Assembly: GCA_030265395.1 (NCBI GenBank)
Contig: JARFYF010000017.1
Location: 16,169,326 to 16,233,325 of the forward strand
Direction of reading: 5' to 3'
Length of the DNA: 64,000 nt
Source of the DNA: Rhina ancylostomus
Taxonomy: Eukaryota
Within the stretch, counting starts at the first letter, position 1, and every line of letters starts with the position of its first letter. Both the position numbers and the translations under genes were made by a program. This document shows positions 1 through 11,580 of the stretch, one piece after another. The notes under the pieces were generated by a model that ran no database searches, was not told where the DNA came from, and worked only from the letters and a program-made list of their open reading frames with translations.

Positions 1-512
1 ATGTGTCCCAGTCACAGTGTGCTCAGCATCTGTGCTGCAAATACACAATCAGCAGTTTTCATGTCATACAGGTCTTAGTCAAATGTAACACTGTCAGTTG
101 ACAAAGCCTGGGCTTCAAAAGTTTGCTTTTGCATTAACTTTAATCAGCTTGGTTCATATCAGGGTACTGTTAATATGATACACCTGTACACAAAATGGAT
201 TTGAATAACAATGAAAAGAAGTTATTCTTTGCAACATCATAGTGTCTATCGCTCCTTCAGCAACCTGGTCCTAACGTTTATGCCTCAGACAAGGGTAAAG
301 GACATGAATACGGCAACACGTCCAAGGCTTGTGATAATACCCATGCAGTTAAACAATCTGTCTTCCTCATGGCTGGGTCTGGGTACTGGAACTCTGTTGG
401 ACTGCACTGTGGACGTACACAGATTGGAGTAGTTCTCCACCATCTCCTCATGGGAAATGGGAGATGGTCCACAAAGGCTCACCTTTCAGCCACGCCCACA
501 TCCAGCAGCGGG

Positions 513-1586
513 GTCCACCATCATGAAGTGCTTCGAGAGGCTGGTCATGGCACGCATTGACTCCAGCCTCCCGAAAAACCTTGACCCACTGCAATTTGCC
601 TTCCGCCGAAACAGGTCTACAGTGGATGCCATCTCCCTGGCCCTACACTCATCTCTGGAGTATCTGGACAGTAAAACCACCTACGTTAGACTATTGTTTA
701 TTGACTACAACTCTGCCTTCAATACTATAATCCCAAGCAAACTCATCACCAAACTCCAAGACCTGGGACCCAACACCTCGTTCTGCAACTGGATCCTTGA
801 CATTCTGACCAACAGACTGCAATCAGTGAGGATAGGCAGCAACATATCTTGCACAATTATTCTCAACACTGGTGCCCCACAAGGCTGTGTCCTCAGCCCT
901 CTACACTGCTTCCTATACACTCACGATTGTGTGGCCAGATTCTGCTCTAACTCCATCTACAAGTTTTCAGATGATAGCACTGTAGTGGGCCATTTCTCAA
1001 AAAACAATGTCAGAGTACAGGAAGGAGATAGAAAGTTTAGTGACTTGGTGTCATGACAACAACCTTTCCCTTAATGTCAGCAAAACAAAAGAGCTGGTCA
1101 TTGACTTCAGGAAAGGGGGCCAATGCACATGCTCCTGTCTACATCAATGGTACTGAGGTCAAGAGGGTTGAGAGCTTCAAGTTCCTAGGAGTGAACATCA
1201 CCAGTAGCCTGTCCTAGTCCAACCACATAGACACCACTGCCAAGAAAGCTCACCAGCACCTCTACTTCCTCAGGAGGCTAAAGAAATTTGGCATGTCCCC
1301 TTTAACATCCACCAATTTTTATTGATGCACCATAGAAAGCTTTCTATCTGGATGCATCACAGCATGGTATGGCAATTGCTCTGCCCAGAACTGCAAGAAG
1401 CTGCAGAGAGTTGTTGACACAGCCCAGCACATCCCAGAAACCAGTCTCCCCTCCTTGGACTCTTGCTGCCTTGGTGAAGCAGCCAGCATAATCAAAGACC
1501 CCACCCACCCAGGTCATTCTCTCTTCTCCCTCTCCCATCAGACAGAAGATACAGGAGCCTGAGGGCACGTTACCACCAAGCTCAAG
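513..1586 (+). mobile_element. Rex1/Babar-like non-LTR retrotransposon, 5'-truncated decayed RT fragment
   Basis: Translation gives [49 protein letters not shown] and KFSDD. The frame breaks near 1005. Downstream DNA continues with FKFLGVNI-type motifs and runs into an N gap. Confidence 0.85.
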
Positions 1587-2943
1587 NNNNNNNNNNNNNN
1601 NNNNNNNNNNNNNNNNNNNNNNNNNNNNNNNNNNNNNNNNNNNNNNNNNNNNNNNNNNNNNNNNNNNNNNNNNNNNNNNNNNNNNNCTTAGTCGAACTTA
1701 TAAGCATGGGAGATAACTTGACAGTCATGCACTGGAAAGCAATTGACGAATTCTAAGTGCAGCAATGCTTTGTCTAATTATAATCAGACGCCTTCCTTCT
1801 GCCTGTTGCATTGCACAGTCTGTGCATCAATAATAACAAGCCTACTCATCCACAAAAGGTTATCACATATCACTAACAACTTGTATTCAATGTAGTAAAA
1901 TGCCTCAGGGCATACTCATTCATTTTACTTACCCAATCCCAGGAGAAACCAGTTGGTCTTTGTCAGCAAAAATAAATGGCCTCCAGCTTTCAGCCTCATG
2001 CAGCTCCTCAGACTCATGCCTTGGAGGGGTTTTCCAAGTTAACGGAGGAAGCTGTGGGTGATGTAATTTCGACTGGAGTACAAGTGGTGAATGGCTCAGC
2101 ATACTCCTGAATCCAAATCAAGGAAACACAAGGCAGGAGCGCAACAAGGCAGCCAGGAAGGAAAATGTAGGTCATACAATGTAGTGAGGGTTTTTTTCGG
2201 AACATCTATTTCAACAATTGTACGAATACACTTCAAACATGGTGGACGTGACGTCACTGTTTCTGAAGTGCACTGACAGTTTCCAAATAATTATGCATAA
2301 GGAGTCAGACTTGTTGGTTTGATATTCTTCCATCCTTTTCCACCCATTCTAATTCTTAATCCCCACTTTAATCCTTTCTCCTCTCTGTTGTCCACTCCCT
2401 GTTCACTGCCCTCTTCCCCACTCAAACTTCCCGTGTCCTCACTCTCAAATTTCCTATCCTTTCTCCACTTCCCCACTCTCCTGCCTGCTGTCCCCTGATC
2501 ACCTAGGATGTGTGCCTTCCATCCAGTTCCTCTGATCTTCATGTGCTGATTTCCTTTTGTCCATCTTTACTCCCATGTCCAACCCACCTACAGTATGTCT
2601 TCTTCCTGACACCCCACTGCCTTAGTTTTTCCATCCTCCGACCTCCTGCCCTTTTACTCACTCTAACCTCATGTCTCTGCCATTCTATATCCTCCAACCT
2701 CATTCTGATGTCTGCCATCAGAATTGCCTTCTACTAAAGTTTCAGTCCCCTGCATTTTCTCAACCTGACTTCCTGAACCCTCTACCTCACCCCACATAAT
2801 CCTTTTGCCCACCCATCCCTAGGTTCCCTGTCCTCTTCCAACTGCAATCTCTGATGAAGTTACTTGGGATGAGGAGGAACACTGATTCAGTATGTAGGCT
2901 CCAGCTAGGGATGTGCAACTTCAAATGCACCAGTGCAGCTTTG

Positions 2944-3302
2944 AACATAGTACAGCACAGGAACAGGCCCTTCAGCCCACAATGTCTGTGATGAACAAGA
3001 TGCCAAAGTAAATTTAATCTCTTCTGCCTGCTCATGATCCAAATACCCTCCATCCTGCGCATATTCATACGCCCATCCAAAAGCCTCTTGAATGCCACTA
3101 TCGTATCTGCTTGCACTACTATCTCTGACAGCTTGTTCCAGGCACCTGCCACTCTCTGTGTAAAAAAAAACTTGCCCTTCACATCTCCTTTAAACTTTTC
3201 TCCTCTCATCTTAAATGGATGTTCTCAGGTATTTGTCATTTCTACCCTGGGAGAAAGATTCTGGCTGCCTACCCCATCTATGCCTCTCATAATTTTATAA
3301 AT
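2944..3302 (-). mobile_element. CR1-type LINE 3' fragment
   Basis: Minus-strand peptides YKIMRGIDGV, RGEKFKGDVKGKFFFTQRVAGAWNKL and FKRLLD; the 3' tail contains GGGCTGAAGGGCCTGTTCCTGTGCTGTAC. Confidence 0.85.
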
Positions 3303-3303
3303 G

Positions 3304-3382
3304 TTGGTGGAGTATTCAAGGCAATATTTGGGTTCCCCAGACACAGACCAGAACCCAGACGTTGCCTTGAATACTCCACCAA
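3304..3382. repeat. Inverted repeat / hairpin with 21-bp perfect outer arms (about 32 bp including imperfect inner arms)
   Basis: TTGGTGGAGTATTCAAGGCAA (3304-3324) is the exact reverse complement of TTGCCTTGAATACTCCACCAA (3362-3382). Inner TGGGTTC/GAACCCA also pair. Confidence 0.9.
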
Positions 3383-4061
3383 AGTCTTGGGAATGGGTTT
3401 TGTGAATCAGGACTCTTCTGAGCATATTGCTTGCCTAGGGACATAGCCCCTCATTCAGGAGCTGTCACAGAGCCAGTCACTTTTAGTTAAGCAAAGGAAT
3501 GAAGAAAGATAGATTTGCATTTACATAGCACCTTCTATTTTTAATAAGCCCTGTTAAGTTCCTTTCTGATTCTAATCTTGTGTTAGCTATAAAATGTAAG
3601 ATGCTTTTGAAATAAAAGACTGTGCAATCGCCTGCCTACTTGCAATGCACACAGCAGATTTATTTTATTAAACATGTTGCATGCATCCTCAAAGCAAAAG
3701 ATGTCTGCAAACTTGATAGCAAAGTAATGGTCAGCTTCAGAGTTTAGTAAGAGGATTCAATGAGTGGCATATTCAAAGACTTTGTGGCCACGTGATATGA
3801 ACAAAGCTTTAGGTGGTCAAGTCTTTTATCCACTTTAAGGGTGCATGGTTCAAAGCAGACCAACAGTTCCTTATCGGTAAGTATTCAGAGAAACCCTGAT
3901 AGCTAGTAAATCCCTCCAGGCAGAGCAGGGCAGGCTATCAATGTTACAGAGGCATCTATATCCACCTCACAGTGAGGTTAGCAGCTTGCTGAATCATAAA
4001 CAGCTTTGTACCACAGCTTTCAGCCAGCCTTTACACATGATACATCATGTGCAATAGAAAT

Positions 4062-4151
4062 AGTGTCCATTATGTGATGCACTGATGCAATTACCTCTTG
4101 ATTCATGTGTCATAAGAGGTCATTGCATCAGTGCATCACATAATGGACACT
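4062..4151. repeat. Near-perfect hairpin, 38-bp arms (37/38 paired), 14-nt loop
   Basis: AGTGTCCATTATGTGATGCACTGATGCAATTACCTCTT (4062-4099) versus AAGAGGTCATTGCATCAGTGCATCACATAATGGACACT (4114-4151). Confidence 0.95.
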
Positions 4152-4668
4152 TTTATTGTTAGCTCTGATGAAGATACGACACATAACATTAAACCTTGCC
4201 GTCGCTATTCACTTTTAAAAAACACTTTTCCACATAAATGGCATGATTGTTTATAGATTTGATGAAATGTGAAATGAAACTTCTGGAAATGTGCATTCAG
4301 AACCTGCTGAACAGGAGCTGCTTTCTGCAGTGGCTTCTGGGCTTCTGCTGGTTGCTTGACATCACCCTCTGTCCCTTTTGTGCCTTAGCTTATGGCTGCT
4401 CACAGTCCAGAAACAATTGTATCCCTCAGTGAATGTCTCTCTTGTTGATAATTGCTGGGTTACTACCTTTCCATTAGCTTTCTCTGAGGCAAATTGGAAA
4501 GTGATGGGCAAAAGGTCTGGGGGATGTGAAGAAAACCTTTTGTACACAGGATGTTTATGATCTGGAACTCACTTGCCAGAATTTGGATTGCATGGTACTC
4601 TTTTTATTGAAATGCAATGGAAAATCGATTTAACCCGGAGTAAATCACATTTGTGATCATTTCCAGAG

Positions 4669-4900
4669 AGTGTAGTGGTTAGCGTGATGCCATTACAGCG
4701 CCAGTGATCAGGGTTTGATTCCCGTCGCTGTCTGTAAGGAGTTTGTATGTTTTCTCTGTGTCTGTGTGGATTTCCTCCAGGTGCTCCAGTTTTCTCCCAC
4801 ATTCCAAAGACGTATGGGTAGGTTAACATGGGTTTAAAATGGGTGGCCTGGACTCGTTGGGCCAGAAGGGCCTGTTACCACACTGTAAATAAAATTTAAA
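4669..4900 (+). mobile_element. tRNA-derived V-domain SINE (HE1-like)
   Basis: A-box-like TAGTGGTTAGC, B-box-like GGTTTGATTCCC, V-domain TTTCCTCCAGGTGCTCCAGTTTTCTCCCACA, CR1-like tail GGGCCAGAAGGGCCTGTT and an AT-rich end. Confidence 0.8.
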
Positions 4901-7589
4901 TTTTAAAATACTGTCTGTCATGAAATTCAACTGGCTACTTCCTCTCGTGAGTCACTTTTGCAATTTTGGCATTTGGGATGGAGCTAAAAACACTATTCCT
5001 GATGCATTACTCATTCCGGAGCATTGCAGGGGAGTTTGGATGACTCTGTCCTGGGAGCATTTACTGCAGAGCACTCCCAGCAAAACACAATATTAACCCT
5101 CACCCAATTTGGAAGGCTTCCAGGTGAGTATTTTTTCTTAAATCCACCCACTCCATATGCCAACCCTCTGCCCTCAATTCTACGGTGCATCTTTACCTCA
5201 CCTACCTGCACTCCATCTCATGATCCAAACCCCTTCACCAAAACATCTGATGCTCCCTCCCCAAGCCACATGACATACCATCTCAATACATCCTCTCGAC
5301 CTCAAGTCTCTTGGTTGATCTGAACAATCTCAACCTTCCAAATGCCTCTATCTATGAACTCAAACTGTAAATGACTGAAGATAAGGTCCAATAACACAAC
5401 ATCTAGAGACCTCACCTTCCTCTTTGTGGCAGGTGTAGTGTCCAGGTAATGGGTTATTGAGTATTAAGCACCCAGTTGATTGCAACTGAAATTCAAGTGA
5501 ATTTTGATGCATTGGAAGAGCAACCAAAACAATTGCTGTTCCAATGCATTCCCACCATTTCTTTCAATTGTTTAAAGTGAAATGGGGTTTCCAGTCATCT
5601 GTCCATAGGGGTGTTTGAAGCTGTATGAATCAGGGCTTTTAAAACTGAAGTGCATAGACATTTGAGGGAAAATAATTCTGAGGGCTACAGGAAATAGTGG
5701 CAGAATGGGATTGACTGGATTGCTCTGTAAAGAGTTGGCACAGCTCAATGGGCGGAACGGCCTCTTCTGTGCGCATCATGATTCAATGATTCTAATATGG
5801 CTGAACTATTGTTTGCACAGACGCAATTTCTGCTGTTAACTTTCCTTTCTTGAATATGTACCAGTAAGTATGCCCTGCTGGATGAGATGCTGTCAAGAGT
5901 TATATTCTGAATGGCTTAACTAAGTAATTAACTATGCAGCCAATTTTAACCCTGGAACAAACAAAATAATTTCACACTTCCAAAATCATTTATCTAGTGC
6001 CTATAATCCTTAGCCATCTATTGACTCAGATGATTGCTTCTTATTTCCAGTTCTAACCCTGTTATTGTCTTATCAGGAGGCAAACATACAGCTGGTACCA
6101 CTTAAAGCATCTCTCTAAAGGTGGAGGTTGATGGGTGGGAAAATTGTGCATCGTCGCTACAATGGGCCTGAAAAACAGATTCAAACCTGGGAGACACTGA
6201 AGGATTCCATAATATGTGAGAGAAGGGATGATAATCATTAACAACTTTGCAATGGAGGCATTAATGGACTGCTCGATAAGGAGATGTTCTCTATCCAAAG
6301 AGGACCATGAGGCCCTCTGGTTCAACCCTTCTCTGCAGCCAAGGAGTTCAGTACCAGCAATCAAACCTCAAGAATCTGGATGGGATGACAAAGAAATTTA
6401 GTAACCTTGCAGAATTCTCACTAATGAATGATGAATTATCTTATGAATTCACTCACNNNNNNNNNNNNNNNNNNNNNNNNNNNNNNNNNNNNNNNNNNNN
6501 NNNNNNNNNNNNNNNNNNNNNNNNNNNNNNNNNNNNNNNNNNNNNNNNNNNNNNNNNNNNNNNNNNNNNNNNNNNNNNNNNNNNNNNNNNNNNNNNNNNN
6601 NNNNNNNNNNNNNNNNNNNNNNNNNNNNNNNNNNNNNNNNNNNNNNNNNNNNNNNNNNNNNNNNNNNNNNNNNNNNNNNNNNNNNNNNNNNNNNNNNNNN
6701 NNNNNNNNNNNNNNNNNNNNNNNNNNNNNNNNNNNNNNNNNNNNNNNNNNNNNNNNNNNNNNNNNNNNNNNNNNNNNNNNNNNNNNNNNNNNNNNNNNNN
6801 NNNNNNNNNNNNNNNNNNNNNNNNNNNNNNNNNNNNNNNNNNNNNNNNNNNNNNNNNNNNNNNNNNNNNNNNNNNNNNNNNNNNNNNNNNNNNNNNNNNN
6901 NNNNNNNNNNNNNNNNNNNNNNNNNCTACCTCAATGCACTGTGTAATGAATTGATCTGTATGAATGGTATACAAGACAAGTTCTTCACTGTACCTCAATT
7001 CATGTGACAATAATAAACCAATTCCAATTCATGGTACCACACTTCACAATATCTATCAATCAAACATACAAGATTTGCTACACCCTCATACACTTACCAT
7101 TCTGTCAGCTTTATACCTGCATCTCATAGCCTCCACATGATCCCAGGGATTCAATCATGACAGATACATTGACATATTTCCCTCTCTTGTAGAAAGTTGA
7201 TGTACAACAGGGGACAGCAGTAGATAACCAGTGGGGGTGGGAAGAGGGGGGAGGTAGGTACAGCTTATGGATGGAGGACATTGTCTCATTGTTTCTGGTG
7301 AAACACATAGTGGCCAAGGTCTGCAATGGACAATAAAGGTTCCTTCATAACTAATCCTCCTCCCTCTCCCCTTGTGCCTTTCTCCTTCCGGGAACTTTAA
7401 ATTGACCAGAGAGATGGGAAATCCCTTAGAAACCACAGTGAAGGAGCTAGAACATTAGTTGACTTATTTGTCAGCCTCTGTGGAAGGTCAAGGAACATGG
7501 AGGACTCAAACAACAATGAAACATAGTGTTAAGCACAGAGTTTGAAGCCTATTCATCACTTCCATTGTGGAGTCATAATGTATTTACCT

Positions 7590-7930
7590 TTCAGGATGTG
7601 GGCGTCATAGGGAAGGCCAGCATTTATTGCCCATCCCTTATTTCCCCTGAATAGATGGGCTATATTTAAGTGGGTATATTAAGAGTCAACCACATTGCTG
7701 TGGGTCTGAAGTCACATATAGGGCAAGGATGACAGGCTTCCTCCCCTGCAGAGCATTAATAAATCAGGGAGATAAATCAGGTACAGAAATCCAATAGTTT
7801 TGTAGCCATCATTACTAAAACTAATTGTCTCTGTTTTGTTTTAATGCCAAGTTATTGACTGGATTTAAATTCCACAGTTGCCATGGTGGGGTTTAAACTC
7901 ACATCTCTAGATTATAAATTCAGGCTTCCA
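7590..7930 (-). mobile_element. Old elasmobranch SINE/LINE 3'-end repeat; related copies near 46255-46365, 46920-47245, 50540-50620 and 58090-58350
   Basis: Shared motif GGATGTGGGCGTC...GGCCAGCATTTATTGCCCATCCCT, and its reverse complement GCAGCTCACCACCACCTT...GGGCAATAAAT, at several positions. Confidence 0.55.
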
Positions 7931-8289
7931 ATTTACTAATGGTCCATATCTTAGTTAATTAGAGCCTTAGTAGAAGCCACCCAGTATGAGTATTGCATGG
8001 CAGCTTGGCCTGTGGTCAAGCAAGCTAATACTTATCCATGTCTACCAAAAAGGTTTGCAAGGGTTTGTCGCAGTCCACCAGCTTGCCCACCACAGGTAAA
8101 TAAGACTGCTGGATCTGTGCCCTTCTTCAGGTCATTATCCATTCAGATTGTAATTCCCTCAGCAAAATACATCATAAATGTAGTACCAGATAATTTGAAT
8201 TATCCATAGCATTTAATAAAGTGCTAAGGAATTGAACTTTGAGCACAATATCTCTGTGTAAAACTTGTTTAGAAATTTCTAAGCTGGGG

Positions 8290-8500
8290 AGTAGATATAG
8301 AGGAGATGTCCGGGGAAAGTTTTTTACTCAGAGAGTGGTGAGTGTGTGGAAATGGTGGTGNNNNNNNNNNCATGGAGCTAAGTAAAATAGAGGGCTGTGG
8401 TAGGCGTAGTAATTTTTAGGGTAGGGACGTGTTCGGCACAGCTTTGTGGGCTGAAGGGCCTGAATTGTGCCATAGTTTTTCTATGTTCCTATGTCTCTAT
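8290..8500 (+). mobile_element. CR1-type LINE 3' end
   Basis: TTTTTTACTCAGAGAGTGGTGAGTGTGTGGAA (FFTQRVV..W), GGGCTGAAGGGCCTG and a CTATGTT-type tail. Confidence 0.7.
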
Positions 8501-9019
8501 GAACAACATGGCTGTTATAATTGGCAATAATCTCAGCCTATTTTGGCATTCACTGAGGGTATTCTTTTGTGCTGACAAACTTGTTGATTAGGTTTATGAA
8601 TAATCAACAATATGCAAATCAAAAGCACTTTGGGCATGAAGAATACCATAACTTGCAGAAAGGTCAAACTACTTTTCAGCACAAGAGGAGTGATTTCAAC
8701 ATTGTCACCAATATGTCAAAAGAAGGTATTCATGGCTTTATAAATGGACTATTTCCTCTTACATCACCTGCATGGAGGCAAAAATGTGATTTCTCAAAGC
8801 CCTGCTTTCCCATAGGCCTCTACTTCTGTACATCTTCCATTGGGTTGGTCAAATCAAAAAATGATAAAGTATCTATGTAGTTGTCTGGACTGAATCTGAT
8901 AAGTTTCTCTTTAAATTGCTTTCTGAAGATTTGCTGATTTTTCAACTTGCTTGATTCAAGTTGTATTTAAAAAGAGCATTTTTAATACATTGTGGATCAG
9001 GAGGTACAGGTGAATAACC

Positions 9020-9340
9020 TTGACTGGTATTGATACTGGTTTATTATTGTCACATGTACCAAGATACGGTGAAAAGCTATTGTTTTGCATGCCATCCAAA
9101 CAGATCGTGCCATACATGATTATATCAAGGTGGTAAAAAGAAAACAGAATGGAGAATATAACATTGCAGTTACAGAGAAAGTGCAGTGCAGGTAGAAAGG
9201 GCCACAATGATGCAGAGTGGAAGATCAAGAGTTCATCTGTTAGCCTATAAGAGGTCCATTCACGAGTGCGATAACAGTGGGAAGAAAGCTGCCCTTGAGT
9301 CTGGGGGTATGTGCTATGAAGCTTTTGTATCTTCTGCCCA
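9020..9340 (-). mobile_element. Rex1/Babar-like LINE 3' end
   Basis: GGTTTATTATTGTCACATGTACC matches the reverse of the tail at 6926-7030. The inner part matches the 3' region of the 513-1586 element. Confidence 0.65.
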
Positions 9341-10499
9341 TTAATTGATATTAAGCAGAGCGGAATAATAAGATTAACTTTCCTACCTCAGTAGGCTTCC
9401 TGCATCTTCCTTTCTCCTCTGTCTCCTTCACTTTGCTCACATTTCCTCTATTAATCCTACCAATGTTCATTAATTTGGTACATTCCCAGGAGAGGATTTG
9501 ACATGAGCAAAATTGCGTGCACTTACATTGTTATTAGCACACCAAATTATTACAATACACACATCTTGTATGCCTATCTTTAACAAAGTAATCTATCCCC
9601 TTATAATTAACATCTTAATCAAGTTTGATTTTGAAAATGTCCTTCCTTTCAGCAGGCCTATTTAAACTGAATTCAAACAAACAACTCTTTGTAGCATGTA
9701 TATGTCTGGTTGCAAAGTTTCCAATACTGACCTGAAAAAGAAGACTTCTTTATACACCTTTTTCTTGCTTATAGAACTTATTTTAAGGATCTATCGAAAT
9801 TGGAACACACTGTGCTCTGTTTTTCAGCATTAGATAATGAAATGTTGATGTTTTTAGGTGTAAATTGCTGCAACACTGATATTCAGTACAAATTGAGAAA
9901 TTTGATAAGCATTTCCGGCACACTATGCACTAGTACATGTAAGAAGTTTAGTGCATAGTATCTAATCACTTCTGCTCATCCCTCACTATTACCAGTACCT
10001 GACCAACGTTTGATGTTGTTGAATAAAATAATTGAGTGTCCTTCTTGCCCTCCTCCTCTGTGGCATGCTGCTTCTGTAAGGAAGGGAGATGGCTGTGAAG
10101 GTGGTATCTCAGTGAGTCTGCAATGTTAGAGTCAGAAAGAAGAGGATTGTCATGATGTGCGTGTGGCTACATTAAGAGTACCCAACAGACATGTAGATTT
10201 ATGAAGGGCGAGGGGAGGAGGCATGTTAAAAGTCAGGTAGAACTTGCATACCTTTTTCACCTATGGCACTCTTAGCTGCAGCAGGGGTGACACCCTCAGT
10301 CATCCCCCAGTGCTCATAATAATAAGAATCTGATGAGCTTTGGAACTGAAAGTGCACATGTGTGTGAGACGGCTCATGAGTGTGTGTGTGTGTGTGTGAT
10401 TTGTGCCCAAGTGTCTGCCTGTATACATGTGTATCCACCCATGGGCATGCATGCATTTGTGTGGATGTATGTGTGCACATAAGGTGAGCAGAGTGTGCA

Positions 10500-11580
10500 A
10501 GTGCTGCTGCTGTAGCTTTTCTGAGCTCTGGTTCCAAAGTGACTGAGGTCATGGAATTTCTTCATGCACAGTTCCCTGATGTGAGCTCACTCACTTCTAA
10601 CCATAATTTTATNNNNNNNNNNNNNNNNNNNNNNNNNNNNNNNNNNNNNNNNNNNNNNNNNNNNNNNNNNNNNNNNNNNNNNNNNNNNNNNNNNNNNNNN
10701 NNNNNNNNNNNNGGCCACCTCCTCTTCATGTCGGACCTGTCTGCCCTCCTAGCTGTTCTGGCCCAGAGAATATGGCTCCTCCTTTCAGCTCATCTATGAG
10801 GATATCAAAGTGAATGTCAGTGAAGTGGGGTGGGTGGTGGGCAGGGAAGAGTGGGTTGCTGCTGGGGACCAGCAACACCTGCTCCATGTGTTGACAGGGT
10901 ACCCGATTCCTGTGCTCGCACTGCCTCCTGCTGGATGTGATAAGAGTTAGAGATCNNNNNNNNNNGATCGAGTTCATGATTCCTCCCATGCACTCAATCC
11001 CTAGCCGCCAAGACAATGCAGCTCAATGCATATTGCTAGAAATTGCAATCTTAGCTTTTAATGCCATTAAGATAGCATAATGAGACATCCTAATGCTCTT
11101 TGTGTAAGTTATATAAAAAGCAAGAAGATTTTTCACACAACAGGACTGGCAGGATTTCTCTGTGCAATGGTTTGCTGAAACTTCAATTAGAAGTTATTAC
11201 AGCTATCTCTCAGGTTCATTCTCTCCAATCAGCCATTGAAGGGATATACCACAATGCAAACAACATTCTTCCATACTGGGGAGTGTTGCAACAGATTGAA
11301 TGGATGCTGAAGGGAACAGAGTACTCCCAGGGACTCAGAGGGGCCCTGATGATCTGGTGAGGGGGGAGCATATGCAAGAAACATGTTCTTTGTGCCAGAG
11401 AACTACAGAGAATTTCCAAGGATCCAGCAGGGGCACCTGTGAGGACAATGCCAGGAAGGTGTCTATAAGGAAATGAATGATTCTATGGATGTCTGCCCTC
11501 CCAGGAAGCTTGAAAGGCAGCAGGTGCCTGTACCTGCTCTGCCTGTGCCTGTGAAGGAACATTAAATGGACCTTCCTCTC
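10500..11580. mobile_element. Possible highly decayed PIF/Harbinger transposon
   Basis: Minus-strand CMKKFHDL (about 10545-10570) resembles the Myb/SANT QCxKKFNDL motif. Plus-strand PALPVPVK (about 11533-11556) resembles the HARBI1-type ALPVAVK motif. Only these short motifs support the call. Confidence 0.3.

Noticed and set aside
4669-4740. tRNA-like A/B boxes here and at 55530-55600
   Set aside because: They are SINE heads followed by a V-domain; no complete cloverleaf is present.
10951-10970. GATC on both sides of a 10-N gap
   Set aside because: Probably an assembly join feature rather than biology.
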